Of a stretch of 64,000 nt of DNA, positions 46,980 through 55,385 are shown piece by piece (the stretch's first letter is position 1; each line of letters begins with the position of its first letter). Below the pieces are notes generated by a model. It was not told where the DNA came from. It saw only the letters and a list, made by a program, of their open reading frames with translations, and searched no databases. A program made the translations under genes and the position numbers. Origin of the DNA: an uncultured Gemmatimonadales bacterium (GTDB lineage Bacteria > Gemmatimonadota > Gemmatimonadetes > Gemmatimonadales > GWC2-71-9); assembly GCA_963709905.1 (NCBI GenBank), contig CAVPYI010000006.1, forward strand, positions 148,761 to 212,760, written 5' to 3'.

Positions 46980-47011
46980 ACAACGGCTCAGGCAATCGCC
47001 TGAGCCGTTGT
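46980..47011. terminator. bidirectional hairpin terminator between the pilW-like gene and tRNA-Asn
   Basis: Perfect 14-bp stem acaacggctcaggc / gcctgagccgttgt with loop AATC. Confidence 0.6.
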
Positions 47012-47040
47012 GTCGTTGTGGAATTCGATTGGCCTGCCAG

Positions 47041-47113
47041 CTCCCGAGGCAGGACTCGAACCTGCGACCCGCTGATTAACAGTCAGCTGCTCTACCAACT
47101 GAGCTACTCGGGA
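47041..47113 (-). tRNA. tRNA-Asn (anticodon GTT)
   Basis: Hand-folded cloverleaf: acceptor TCCCGAG/CTCGGGA, D arm GCTC-AGTTGGTA-GAGC, anticodon arm GCTGA-CTGTTAA-TCAGC, T arm GCAGG-TTCGAGT-CCTGC. 73 nt, no encoded CCA. Confidence 0.9.
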
Positions 47114-47520
47114 AGGCGCGAGAGGATACAAGATAAGCCGGGGGTAAATCAAGCGGATGGTCGTTTCGGCTTCTATACGGCCAGTATCGAGACAGCGTAA
47201 CGACATTTACGTGTCACTGTCGCCGACTCATGGTCAGTCATGCTGCAGAGATCCGGCAGTCTGACGACTGGTTTCAGCACACTACCTGACAACTCCTCTA
47301 GCGACGCACACCTAAGTCATTTATTAACAACGAATTCCGATATCTGCGAGTAGACACTCACATCGCATTTATGTGAGCGAGCACTCACAGCCAGTTACCA
47401 CGAATTCTCCCGCTTAGCCGATCATTCTTTGATGCCAGACTGACATGTAAGTGTTTGTTGAAAACGATTTTACAGAATCTCGGACTACCGGCTTTCGCTC
47501 CGGCTCTTACTTTGCATGCC

Positions 47521-48612
47521 ATGTCGCTGCACCCGTTGGCCGGACACGGCGCCGAATCAGCTCGTGTGCTCAGGGCGCTTGAGGAAGGTCGGCTGCCCCA
47601 GATGCTCCTGCTGACGGGACCCCAGGGGGTAGGGAAACAGCGGTTCGCTCTCTGGCTGGCGCAGGCGATTCTGTGTGAAACGTCATCGGCACGGCCCTGC
47701 GGTGTTTGCCGGCCCTGTCGACAAGTGGGCGAATTAACCCACCCCGATGTGCACTGGTTCATGCCGCTTCCACGGCCCAAAGCCGCAGCGGTCGAGCGAC
47801 AGGTCGAAGAGCTGGCGGGGACACTCGGGGAGATTCTCGAGGAACGGCGCAAACAGCCGCTGTACCAGCCGGCGGACGGGATGGCGGGGCATTTTGTGGC
47901 CACCACGCGGCTGATCCAGCGCGAGGCCGCCCTGACCCCCGTGGCCGGGAAGTACAAGGTTTTCATCGTGGCGGAGGCGGACCGCCTGGTGCCTCAGGAG
48001 TCGAGCCCCGAGGCGGCCAACGCCGTCCTGAAGCTGCTGGAGGAGCCACCGCGGGACAGCTACTTCGTCCTGACCACGGTGGACGCGGGGAGGCTGCTTC
48101 CGACGATTCGATCGCGGCTGGTCCCGCTCCGACTGGGCCGGCTCTCGGATGAGGACGTTGAGCGGTTTCTGTCAACGTATGCGGAGAAGGGGCGCCCGGA
48201 ATCCGGGTTCGGGAACCGGATCACCATGGCCCGGGGTTCTATCGGAAGAGCCCTGGCCGCAGGCGATCAGCGGGCCAAGGCTGATCGGGCGGTGGACGAG
48301 TTGTTGGCGGCAGTAGCCGGCGGCGCGGGAAACCGGGCCGAGCGGGCCCTGAAACAGGGACCGTGGGCCGCCCGCGGAGACTTTACGGCCATGCTGGACG
48401 CGTTGCAGGAAGGGTTGTCTGGCGCGGCACGGGCCGCGAGTGGCGGGGTGGCGGCGCCATCGGTACCCGCCGGGCTGCGGTCGCCCCGGACAGTGGAATC
48501 ACTGGTGCGGGCGGTGGGCCATGCGGCGGAGGCGCAGGAGGCGGCTCGGGGAAACGTGAACCCCCAGCTGTTACTGGCCGCACTCGCGGACGATCTGGCG
48601 GAGGTGCTGTGA
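47521..48612 (+). CDS. holB: DNA polymerase III subunit delta'
   Basis: LLLTGPQGVGKQRFALWLAQAILCE...CGVCRPCRQV...HPDVHW and the VFIV..ADRL box. Confidence 0.85.
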   Translation: MSLHPLAGHGAESARVLRALEEGRLPQMLLLTGPQGVGKQRFALWLAQAILCETSSARPCGVCRPCRQVGELTHPDVHWFMPLPRPKAAAVERQVEELAGTLGEILEERRKQPLYQPADGMAGHFVATTRLIQREAALTPVAGKYKVFIVAEADRLVPQESSPEAANAVLKLLEEPPRDSYFVLTTVDAGRLLPTIRSRLVPLRLGRLSDEDVERFLSTYAEKGRPESGFGNRITMARGSIGRALAAGDQRAKADRAVDELLAAVAGGAGNRAERALKQGPWAARGDFTAMLDALQEGLSGAARAASGGVAAPSVPAGLRSPRTVESLVRAVGHAAEAQEAARGNVNPQLLLAALADDLAEVL

Positions 48613-49088
48613 GCCTGAGCCACCTCGATGACGCGGGTCGGGCCAGGATGGTCGACGTGGCCGGCAAGCCGGCCAGTCGTCGGTCGGCGGTGGCCGAGGG
48701 CCTGGTGCGAATGAGCGTGGAGGCGTTCGGCCTGGTCGAAAGCAACGCGATCGCGAAGGGTGATGTCCTTCGCATCGCGGAAGTGGCCGGGACGATGGGC
48801 GCCAAGCGAACGGCAGAGCTGATTCCGCTCTGTCACCCGGTGCCGCTGGATCTGATCCAGGTGGTCTGTGAGGCCGATCCGGGCCTGCCTGGTGTCCGGG
48901 TCACTGCCAGTGCGGTGGCCACCGGACGGACCGGAGTGGAGATGGAAGCGTTGACTGCCGTATCGGTTGCCTGCCTCACCATTTACGACATGGTCAAGGC
49001 GGCCGATCGCGGAATGCTGATTGAAGGAATCCGCCTGCTGGAGAAGACGGGCGGAACGCGAGGGGATTGGCGGCGAGCGAGTCGGTAG
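48609..49088 (+). CDS. moaC: cyclic pyranopterin monophosphate synthase MoaC
   Basis: The GTG at 48609 overlaps the holB stop (GTGA). SHLDDAGRARMVDV..., KGDVLRIAEVAGTMGAKRTAELIPLCHP and GVEMEALTAVSVACLTIYDM. Confidence 0.9.
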   Translation: MSLSHLDDAGRARMVDVAGKPASRRSAVAEGLVRMSVEAFGLVESNAIAKGDVLRIAEVAGTMGAKRTAELIPLCHPVPLDLIQVVCEADPGLPGVRVTASAVATGRTGVEMEALTAVSVACLTIYDMVKAADRGMLIEGIRLLEKTGGTRGDWRRASR

Positions 49089-49146
49089 GGGTCGGAGTCG
49101 GCCCAGCCGCGTCACCGTCGCCAGGACCCGAAGCCAAGGAGGTCGA

Positions 49147-49839
49147 ATGCACGTCGAAGAGCCTGATCCTCACGGTCGTACCCGCTGGACGCGCCGGCTG
49201 CTTGCCCGGGGCGTCGCGTTGCTCGCCGCCGCGCTGATTGTCAGCGCGCTCGCGGGGTCCAGCTCGAGGGCACGGGCCGCGGAGGACGCGGCGCCGCTCA
49301 GCCTGGGGGCCGTGGCCGACGAAGTGCGTACCCTGAGCCAGCGGCTCGAGTCCGCCCGCGGAGAACTCACCATCGCGAAGGCGCTGGTGGAGCGCGGCAA
49401 CGCGATCATCCGGTATTCGGGGATGTACGAGATTCCGGCCGACCTGGCCGCCGCGATCTACGACATCGCGCTCAGTGAGGGGATCGAGTCCGACGTCGCA
49501 TTCCGCGTGGTGCAGGTAGAGAGTCGGTTCAAGGCCCGGGCGCTGTCGAGCAAGTCGGCGATCGGGTATACCCAGATTCAGGCCGCGACCGCCCGGTTCT
49601 ACGAGCCGGGACTCTCCGTCGAGCAGCTGTACGAGCGGGACGTCAATCTCCGCATCGGGTTCCGCTTCCTGAAGGACCTGATCCGCCGCTACGACGGCGA
49701 TCTGGAACTCGCGCTGGTCGCCTACAATCGCGGACCGGGACGGGTGGAGGAGATCCTGCTGCAGGGCGGCGACCCCTCCAACGGGTATGCCGCGAAGGTG
49801 CTCAAGGGGACTCGCCACGAACCTACCGGCACCAACTGA
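49147..49839 (+). CDS. lytic transglycosylase (SLT domain) protein
   Basis: AAGGAGG RBS. TM/signal anchor. SLT motifs VVQVESRF, IGYTQI and AYNRGPG. Confidence 0.8.
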   Translation: MHVEEPDPHGRTRWTRRLLARGVALLAAALIVSALAGSSSRARAAEDAAPLSLGAVADEVRTLSQRLESARGELTIAKALVERGNAIIRYSGMYEIPADLAAAIYDIALSEGIESDVAFRVVQVESRFKARALSSKSAIGYTQIQAATARFYEPGLSVEQLYERDVNLRIGFRFLKDLIRRYDGDLELALVAYNRGPGRVEEILLQGGDPSNGYAAKVLKGTRHEPTGTN

Positions 49840-49866
49840 CCGGCAGGTTCAGCCAGCCGTACGCCG

Positions 49867-49895
49867 ACAGGGGCGGGTCATCGACCCGCCCCTGT
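49867..49895. terminator. bidirectional hairpin terminator between convergent genes
   Basis: Perfect 13-bp stem acaggggcgggtc / gacccgcccctgt with a 3-nt loop. Confidence 0.6.
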
Positions 49896-49922
49896 TGACG
49901 TTCCCCCCTCGGCTCTCACCTG

Positions 49923-51653
49923 CTACGGGATGGTCAGTCGGGTTCCGGCCCTGATCCGATCGTCGTCGACCAGGTCGTTGGCTTCCCGGAGGGTCGACAC
50001 CGAGACTCCGTACTGTCCCGCAATCCCTATGAGGGTATCTCCCCGCCTGACCAGATGACTGCGCTGCCCGCCGGGGGAGGGGGCGCTCTCAGGCACGGCC
50101 GTCTCCACCCGGGTCGGGGCCGGCAGCCGGATGACCTGACCGGCCCGGAGCTGCTCCGTGGAGGTGAGCGCATTGAGCTTCCGGAGCGCCTGCACCGTCG
50201 TGCCGTAACGCTGGGCAAGCAGCCAGAGCGAGTCCCCGCTCCGCACCCGGTAGCGAATCGTGGCCGATCCCCCCGTAGACGCGACGTGCGGGGCCCGCGC
50301 CCGCGGCGCCGGCTCCGCAATGGTCGGAACAAAGCTCGTCGGAATGACGAGCCTGGTCCCGGGACGTAGCCGGTTCACCCGCACGCCCGGATTGGCATCC
50401 GTCACGAGCCTCGTGGTGACCCGGTACATCCGGGCAATAGCACCCAACGTCTGCCCGCGGGTGACCGTGTGCTCGACGAAACTGACCCGGTCCTTGGGAT
50501 CCAGGGCGGCATACCGCGCCGTCACCAGGTCGCCGGTTCCCACCGGCACCCGGACCACCGCCTCCTTGCGGGGCGGGGTGACCAGCCGGATGTAATGCGG
50601 ATTGAGTTCGCGCAGCGCGGACACCGTGGTGTCGGCCAGGCTCGCCAGGACGTCGAGGCCGGTCGCGTCCTTGACCGTGATGGAATCGTAGGCGAGGGGG
50701 TCGACCCCGGTGGCACGCTCGAAGCCGTATTTTTCGGGCTGCTTGGCTATCAGGGCCGCCGCGATCAGCTTCGGGACGTAGTCTTTGGTTTCCCGGCGCA
50801 GGAACCGGGTGTCGTACAGGCGAAAGAACGTGGCATCGGGGTTCTCCTCCTCCTCCTCCTCATCGCCGATTCGCCTGAGGCCCCGGCCGACCTTCCCCGC
50901 CCCGGCGTTGTAGGCCGCGGCCGCGAGGTACATCGAGCCGAACCGGTCGCGCAGATCGGCAAGGTGCCGGGCGGCCGCATCGGTGGCCCGGACGGGATCG
51001 CGCCGTTCGTCCACCCAGGTGTCGATCCTGAGACCGTACAGCTTCGCCGTCCCCTTCATGAACTGCCACATCCCCGTTGCCCGGGCCCGGCTGACGGCGG
51101 AATTGGAGAACCCGCTTTCGATCAACGCCAGGTACACCATGTCCTCCGGCACGCCGTTCTCGCGGAGCCGGCCGCGGATCATCGACTCGTACCTTGGCAT
51201 TCGCTGCAGCCAGATGCCGAAGCGCTCCCGAGCCTGACCCTGGAAGAAGTCGAGGTAGTATTTCACCCGCGCGTGTGACCCGTAGGTCGACACGTCGATG
51301 TCGTAGCTCACCTCGGCCGTTTCCGCCGCGTTGGCGCCACCCGGCACATTCGCCCCTACATCGGCCTCGTTACCCGAGTCCACCGCCGCCGGGTGGGCGG
51401 CGTCCAGCTGCTCGAGAATCCGCGCGTCCGCCGCGGAATCGGCATCGATCAGCGCCAGATCCGCGCGGGCCTGCTCGGCCGCGGCCAGCACCGACTCGGG
51501 TGCCTGAACCAGGGCCTGCGACTCCACCACGACGCCTGCCGCGGGCTTCGCTTCCTGGGCCGGAACGACCGGGGCCGGAGCCGGAGCGGGCGGGGAGCCA
51601 CCGCCACAGGCGGTGAGCACGGCAACCAGAGGCCAGAGGCGCGTCGGCTTCAT
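49923..51653 (-). CDS. MltD-like lytic murein transglycosylase with three LysM domains
   Basis: Lipobox LTACGG. SLT core (YLALIESGFSNSAVSRARATGMWQF, AAYNAGAGKV). Three C-terminal LysM repeats. Confidence 0.85.
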   Translation of the reverse strand: MKPTRLWPLVAVLTACGGGSPPAPAPAPVVPAQEAKPAAGVVVESQALVQAPESVLAAAEQARADLALIDADSAADARILEQLDAAHPAAVDSGNEADVGANVPGGANAAETAEVSYDIDVSTYGSHARVKYYLDFFQGQARERFGIWLQRMPRYESMIRGRLRENGVPEDMVYLALIESGFSNSAVSRARATGMWQFMKGTAKLYGLRIDTWVDERRDPVRATDAAARHLADLRDRFGSMYLAAAAYNAGAGKVGRGLRRIGDEEEEEENPDATFFRLYDTRFLRRETKDYVPKLIAAALIAKQPEKYGFERATGVDPLAYDSITVKDATGLDVLASLADTTVSALRELNPHYIRLVTPPRKEAVVRVPVGTGDLVTARYAALDPKDRVSFVEHTVTRGQTLGAIARMYRVTTRLVTDANPGVRVNRLRPGTRLVIPTSFVPTIAEPAPRARAPHVASTGGSATIRYRVRSGDSLWLLAQRYGTTVQALRKLNALTSTEQLRAGQVIRLPAPTRVETAVPESAPSPGGQRSHLVRRGDTLIGIAGQYGVSVSTLREANDLVDDDRIRAGTRLTIP

Positions 51654-51919
51654 CGGTCGGCTTGCCTTTCACTGAGGAGAGAGTCCTGGGGATTACCGGC
51701 CGTCCTGAGGCCGGGCCCCGCTACTCTGATCGACGGCGTCCGTACGCTGGTCAGATCTCACGAACAGCCTGCAAGATCCCTGCGAACGGGCGAAAAGAGA
51801 ACCCCCTTTTTCGGCCGATATTCGGTCACGGAATGTGACGGCTGACCCGGGCCACACCGGGCCAGCACGGGCCTCCTCGTCCTACGGCGGTTCCGGGACG
51901 GGTGCTTCGGGTGGGGGCC

Positions 51920-52342
51920 TTACGGCATGAAGAACTGATTTCCGAGAATCCGGTTGGTAGCGTTGAGCACCGCGAGAGCCGCGCCTTTGGTGGGATCGGC
52001 ATCGGCGGTCAGGTAGCAGCCCACCAGTCGATGGGTTTCCCGTCCCTCGGGAACCGACAGCGACACGATGACGACGCTCGAATCGAAGGCCCGAACGGCC
52101 TTCACGCCCAGCAGTTCGAAACGAATAGCACCCTTCACGGCCTTGGTGAGAGCGATCACGCAGGCTTCGGCAGCGCAGCGAAGCTCACCCGCCTGCGAGG
52201 CCAGACCCTCCGACGCACCCTCGAACTCGGTGCTATCCTGCCACGTGAGCACCACCCGCGCGCGGCAACGGCCGCTCGCCAGCCGATCGAGCTCGAATTC
52301 GGCGAACCTCAGACGATCGTTGAATCGTGGGTTGGGAGGCAT
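51920..52342 (-). CDS. hypothetical protein (140 aa)
   Basis: Open frame with high third-position GC. Start taken at MPPNPRF. I recognise no family. Confidence 0.45.
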   Translation of the reverse strand: MPPNPRFNDRLRFAEFELDRLASGRCRARVVLTWQDSTEFEGASEGLASQAGELRCAAEACVIALTKAVKGAIRFELLGVKAVRAFDSSVVIVSLSVPEGRETHRLVGCYLTADADPTKGAALAVLNATNRILGNQFFMP

Positions 52343-52580
52343 GGTACGGATCCCCTCTGCGCGCGGTTCTCGCCCCGGGGAACCATACATGAAATGCGCG
52401 ACTCGCGCCTCCCGCCAGCGGGCACGGACACCCGACGGGCGACCCCCGAGGGACGACGAGACGACCAGGCTGCGATAGCTGGGAACCGTGACCCCCGGGA
52501 TGGGGGGACGGTGGGACCGGCGGGGCGGCGGTTTTCCTTGAGATCCTGCGGGGCCTTGAGGCCTGCTCGGGGACTGACCC

Positions 52581-52847
52581 TCAGTCGCCCGGATACCTCA
52601 CACCGACCCCGATATGCCTGGCGACGACTGCGGCCACCTTGTCATCCGAGAGCCGGTCGGCCTGGGCGTAGAGATCAGACCGGGAGGAGGACTGCAGCCC
52701 GGTACTGGCCCAGACGGCCCGCGCGGTAACCTCACCTGCGGCCCGGCAACTCAGCATGAGCCGCCATCCGTGGGTGTTGACCACGCGCTCCGCCACGGGA
52801 GCCACCGACCACCGGGTTTGGCCTACAGTGATTTCACGCCACGACAT
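52581..52847 (-). CDS. hypothetical small protein (88 aa)
   Basis: Open frame from MSWREITVGQ. No recognisable motif. The 5' extension to 53048 is unlikely. Confidence 0.35.
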   Translation of the reverse strand: MSWREITVGQTRWSVAPVAERVVNTHGWRLMLSCRAAGEVTARAVWASTGLQSSSRSDLYAQADRLSDDKVAAVVARHIGVGVRYPGD

Positions 52848-53053
52848 CGCAATTCTTCGTCTGTTCAGGGGGGCGCGAATGTCGCGCCCGTTGGAAGGAC
52901 TGTCAAGACCTGTGCCAGCCTTGTGACAGTACGAGATCAGCAACCTGGGGCAAGTAACGGGGGCCTGCCCTACACCGGCAGGTCTGGTGACGCGGGTCAC
53001 TCGCGGCTCCGGTGCGGCCCGTCCCGCGCAGGGGACCGTGGCCGCCACGGTTT

Positions 53054-53986
53054 CTAGCTGCGGACCAGGGCCTGGAAGCGATCGCGAAGGTCGCGGGTGA
53101 CTGGGCCGGCCCGCCCGGCCCCGATGATTCGCCCGTCAACCATCCGAATGGGGGCAATCTCCGCCGCGGTGCCTGTGAGGAAAGCTTCATCGGCGGTATA
53201 CAGGTCGTAGCGGTTGAGCATGGTCTCCACCACCCGGTACCCCGCCTCGGCGGCGATCTCGAGCACGGCGTCGCGGGTAACGCCGCGGAGCAGGCCGGCG
53301 TAGACCGCGGGCGTGTAGAGCACGTTGTCCTTCCAGACGAAGAGGTTCATGCCGGTCGCTTCGGCGATGTGCCCACTCGCATCCAGCATGATCGCGTCAT
53401 CGGCGCCGGCGTTGGTGGCCTCGACCTTCGCCATGATGTGGTTCAGATAGTTGAGCGACTTGACCCGGGGCGAAAGCGCCTCGCGCTGATTGATCGGGGT
53501 TCCGGCAGTGACCAGGGTCAGCCCCTGCTCGTACCGTTCGGGAGGCCAGATCGCGATCGTGTCGAAGATGATGATGACCGAGGCGCGCGCGCACTTACGC
53601 GGGTCGAGCCCCAGATCTCCCACGCCCCGGGTAACGATATGGCGCAGGTAGCCGTCGGTGAGCTTCGCCCGGCGAACGCCATCCTCGGTAACGGCGATCA
53701 TCTGCTCGCGCGGGATTGGAATGGTCAGGGTGATCGCGTGGGCCGAATCGTACAGCCGGTCGACGTGCTCCTTCAGCCTGAAGATCCGGCCTCCATAGAC
53801 CCGCATGCCCTCGAACACGCCGTCGCCGTACAGCAGCCCATGGTCGAACACCGAAATCTTGGCCGAATCCTTGTCGAGCCACTTGCCGTCGAGGTATATG
53901 AGCGTCACGGCGGAATCCTCACCAGATTCGGGCGTTTTTCGGGGTGCGCCAACGGGGCGCGGAGCGTCGCGGGTGGGCAAAGACAT
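53054..53986 (-). CDS. ilvE: branched-chain amino acid aminotransferase (class IV)
   Basis: VFDHGLLYGDGVFEGMRVY, the KSLNYLN region and GVTRD motifs. Confidence 0.9.
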   Translation of the reverse strand: MSLPTRDAPRPVGAPRKTPESGEDSAVTLIYLDGKWLDKDSAKISVFDHGLLYGDGVFEGMRVYGGRIFRLKEHVDRLYDSAHAITLTIPIPREQMIAVTEDGVRRAKLTDGYLRHIVTRGVGDLGLDPRKCARASVIIIFDTIAIWPPERYEQGLTLVTAGTPINQREALSPRVKSLNYLNHIMAKVEATNAGADDAIMLDASGHIAEATGMNLFVWKDNVLYTPAVYAGLLRGVTRDAVLEIAAEAGYRVVETMLNRYDLYTADEAFLTGTAAEIAPIRMVDGRIIGAGRAGPVTRDLRDRFQALVRS

Positions 53987-54053
53987 GTGTGAGCCTTTGT
54001 TGCCGCCTGAGGACGAGACCGCAATATTGGGGTCGCTCAGGCGTGAGGAATCA

Positions 54054-54126
54054 TGAGGGCGGTGGGACTCGAACCCACTACCTAGAGATTAAAAGTCTCT
54101 TGCTCTACCCGTTGAGCTACGCCCCC
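54054..54126 (-). tRNA. tRNA-Lys (anticodon TTT)
   Basis: Hand-folded cloverleaf: acceptor GGGGGCG/CGCCCTC (one G-U), D arm GCTC-AACGGGTA-GAGC, anticodon arm AGAGA-CTTTTAA-TCTCT, T arm GTGGG-TTCGAGT-CCCAC. 73 nt. Confidence 0.9.
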
Positions 54127-54188
54127 CGCCGACCGAAACGTGGGGTTGCTGCGGGTGAAACTCAAGGCCGGTCCCACCACGGAGATTC

Positions 54189-54578
54189 ATGCAATCGTTC
54201 CGCACGCTGCTCTGCCTCGCCGCATGCCTGCTCATGGCGGCGGTTCCCGCCCGCGGGCAGGGCCGGGACGATGACCGCTGGCAGATCCAGCTCGAGAGCG
54301 GCGAATACATCTGGGACATCCGCCTGGTCCGGTTGGCGGGCGACACGCTGGTCTTCCGTCAGGCGGATTCGATCGGTGGTGTCGGCGTGCCACAGATCAG
54401 GGAGTTGCGCCTGATCCGCAAGACCGAGGTCCGGCTCGGTGAAGGCGGCGGGGGCACCATGGCCGCCCTCACCGGCGTGGATGACGAGGTGTTCGACTTC
54501 GCCGTGATGGACTTCGCGGACCGCGTCCGGACGATCCAACAGATCTTTCTGCTGCACCCGCCGAAACCCCAGCCGTAG
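54189..54578 (+). CDS. hypothetical secreted protein
   Basis: Signal peptide MQSFRTLLCLAACLLMAAVPARGQ. No recognisable domain. Confidence 0.5.
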   Translation: MQSFRTLLCLAACLLMAAVPARGQGRDDDRWQIQLESGEYIWDIRLVRLAGDTLVFRQADSIGGVGVPQIRELRLIRKTEVRLGEGGGGTMAALTGVDDEVFDFAVMDFADRVRTIQQIFLLHPPKPQP

Positions 54579-55385
54579 ACGACCGCGCGCCGGCGCCGGC
54601 GCCGTGGTCCCGAATATCCCCGAACCCCCGCCCTCGCCAGCCAGCACGACTCTTTCACCAGCGCTAGTGGCCCGCTGCTGTTCGACACCCTCCGGGCGCC
54701 GGCGCCCTACTGCTATCGCTGTCCGCTTGGACTCGAGCGTTCCTCCTGCGCGGTCGACTGCCTGCAGGCCCTCGAACGGCTGGTGCGCGAACATGGCCAG
54801 GAAATCGCCTCCGGCTGCGGCCGATCGGGCCGAATGTTCGCCTGCGAGCTCGAGGATGTGGTGCCCGACATCCTGTGTCTTGCGAAGGGACCGACCGGAG
54901 GCTACCTCCCACTGGCCGCGACGCCCACGACGGAGCGCATCTTTCAGGCGTTCCTGGGCCCGCCGGCGGAGGGACGCACGTTCTTTCACGGCCACACCTA
55001 TACCGGCAATGCCCTGGCTGCCGCCGCGGCGCTGGCCACGCTCGATATTTTCGAGCACGACCGTATCCTCGACCAACTCGGGGCGAAGATCGCCTGCCTC
55101 GCCGGCGAGCTCGCCCGCCTGCGTGAGTTGCCGGCGGTGGGGGACATCCGCCAGTTCGGCCTGGCCGCCGGGGTGGAGCTGGTCCAGGACCGGACCGGCA
55201 AGTTGCCGTTTCCCGCGGCCGAGCGACGTGGCATGCGGGTATGCCGGGCGGCGCGTGATCGGGGCGTCTTTCTCCGCCCCCTCGGAGACACCATCGTGCT
55301 GATGCCACCGTTGTCGATTACCGAGTCCGAGCTTTTTCACCTCGTCGACGCCGTCCGGGACGGCATCCGGGAGACCTGTCCATGA
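54579..55385 (+). pseudogene. bioA: truncated and internally deleted bioA (adenosylmethionine-8-amino-7-oxononanoate aminotransferase) remnant
   Basis: The frame is open from 54579 and reads ...GPLLFDTLRAPAPYCYRCPLG...LERLVREHGQEIA|SGCGRSGRMFACE...CLAKGPTGGYLPL...FFHGHTYTGN.... This is the C-terminal half of BioA. There is no room for the N-terminal 150-plus residues, and the segment between EIA and the GxGRTG box is missing. Confidence 0.65.

Noticed and set aside
42919-47113. Genomic island integrated at tRNA-Asn
   Set aside because: There is no integrase or excisionase, and I could not find a direct repeat of the tRNA 3' end near 42950-43200. I kept it only as a low-key compositional observation.
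46988-47206. Small ORFs on both strands over tRNA-Asn
   Set aside because: They are translations of the tRNA gene and its flanks (the ...VAQLVEQLTVNQRVAGSSP pattern is a typical tRNA artefact).
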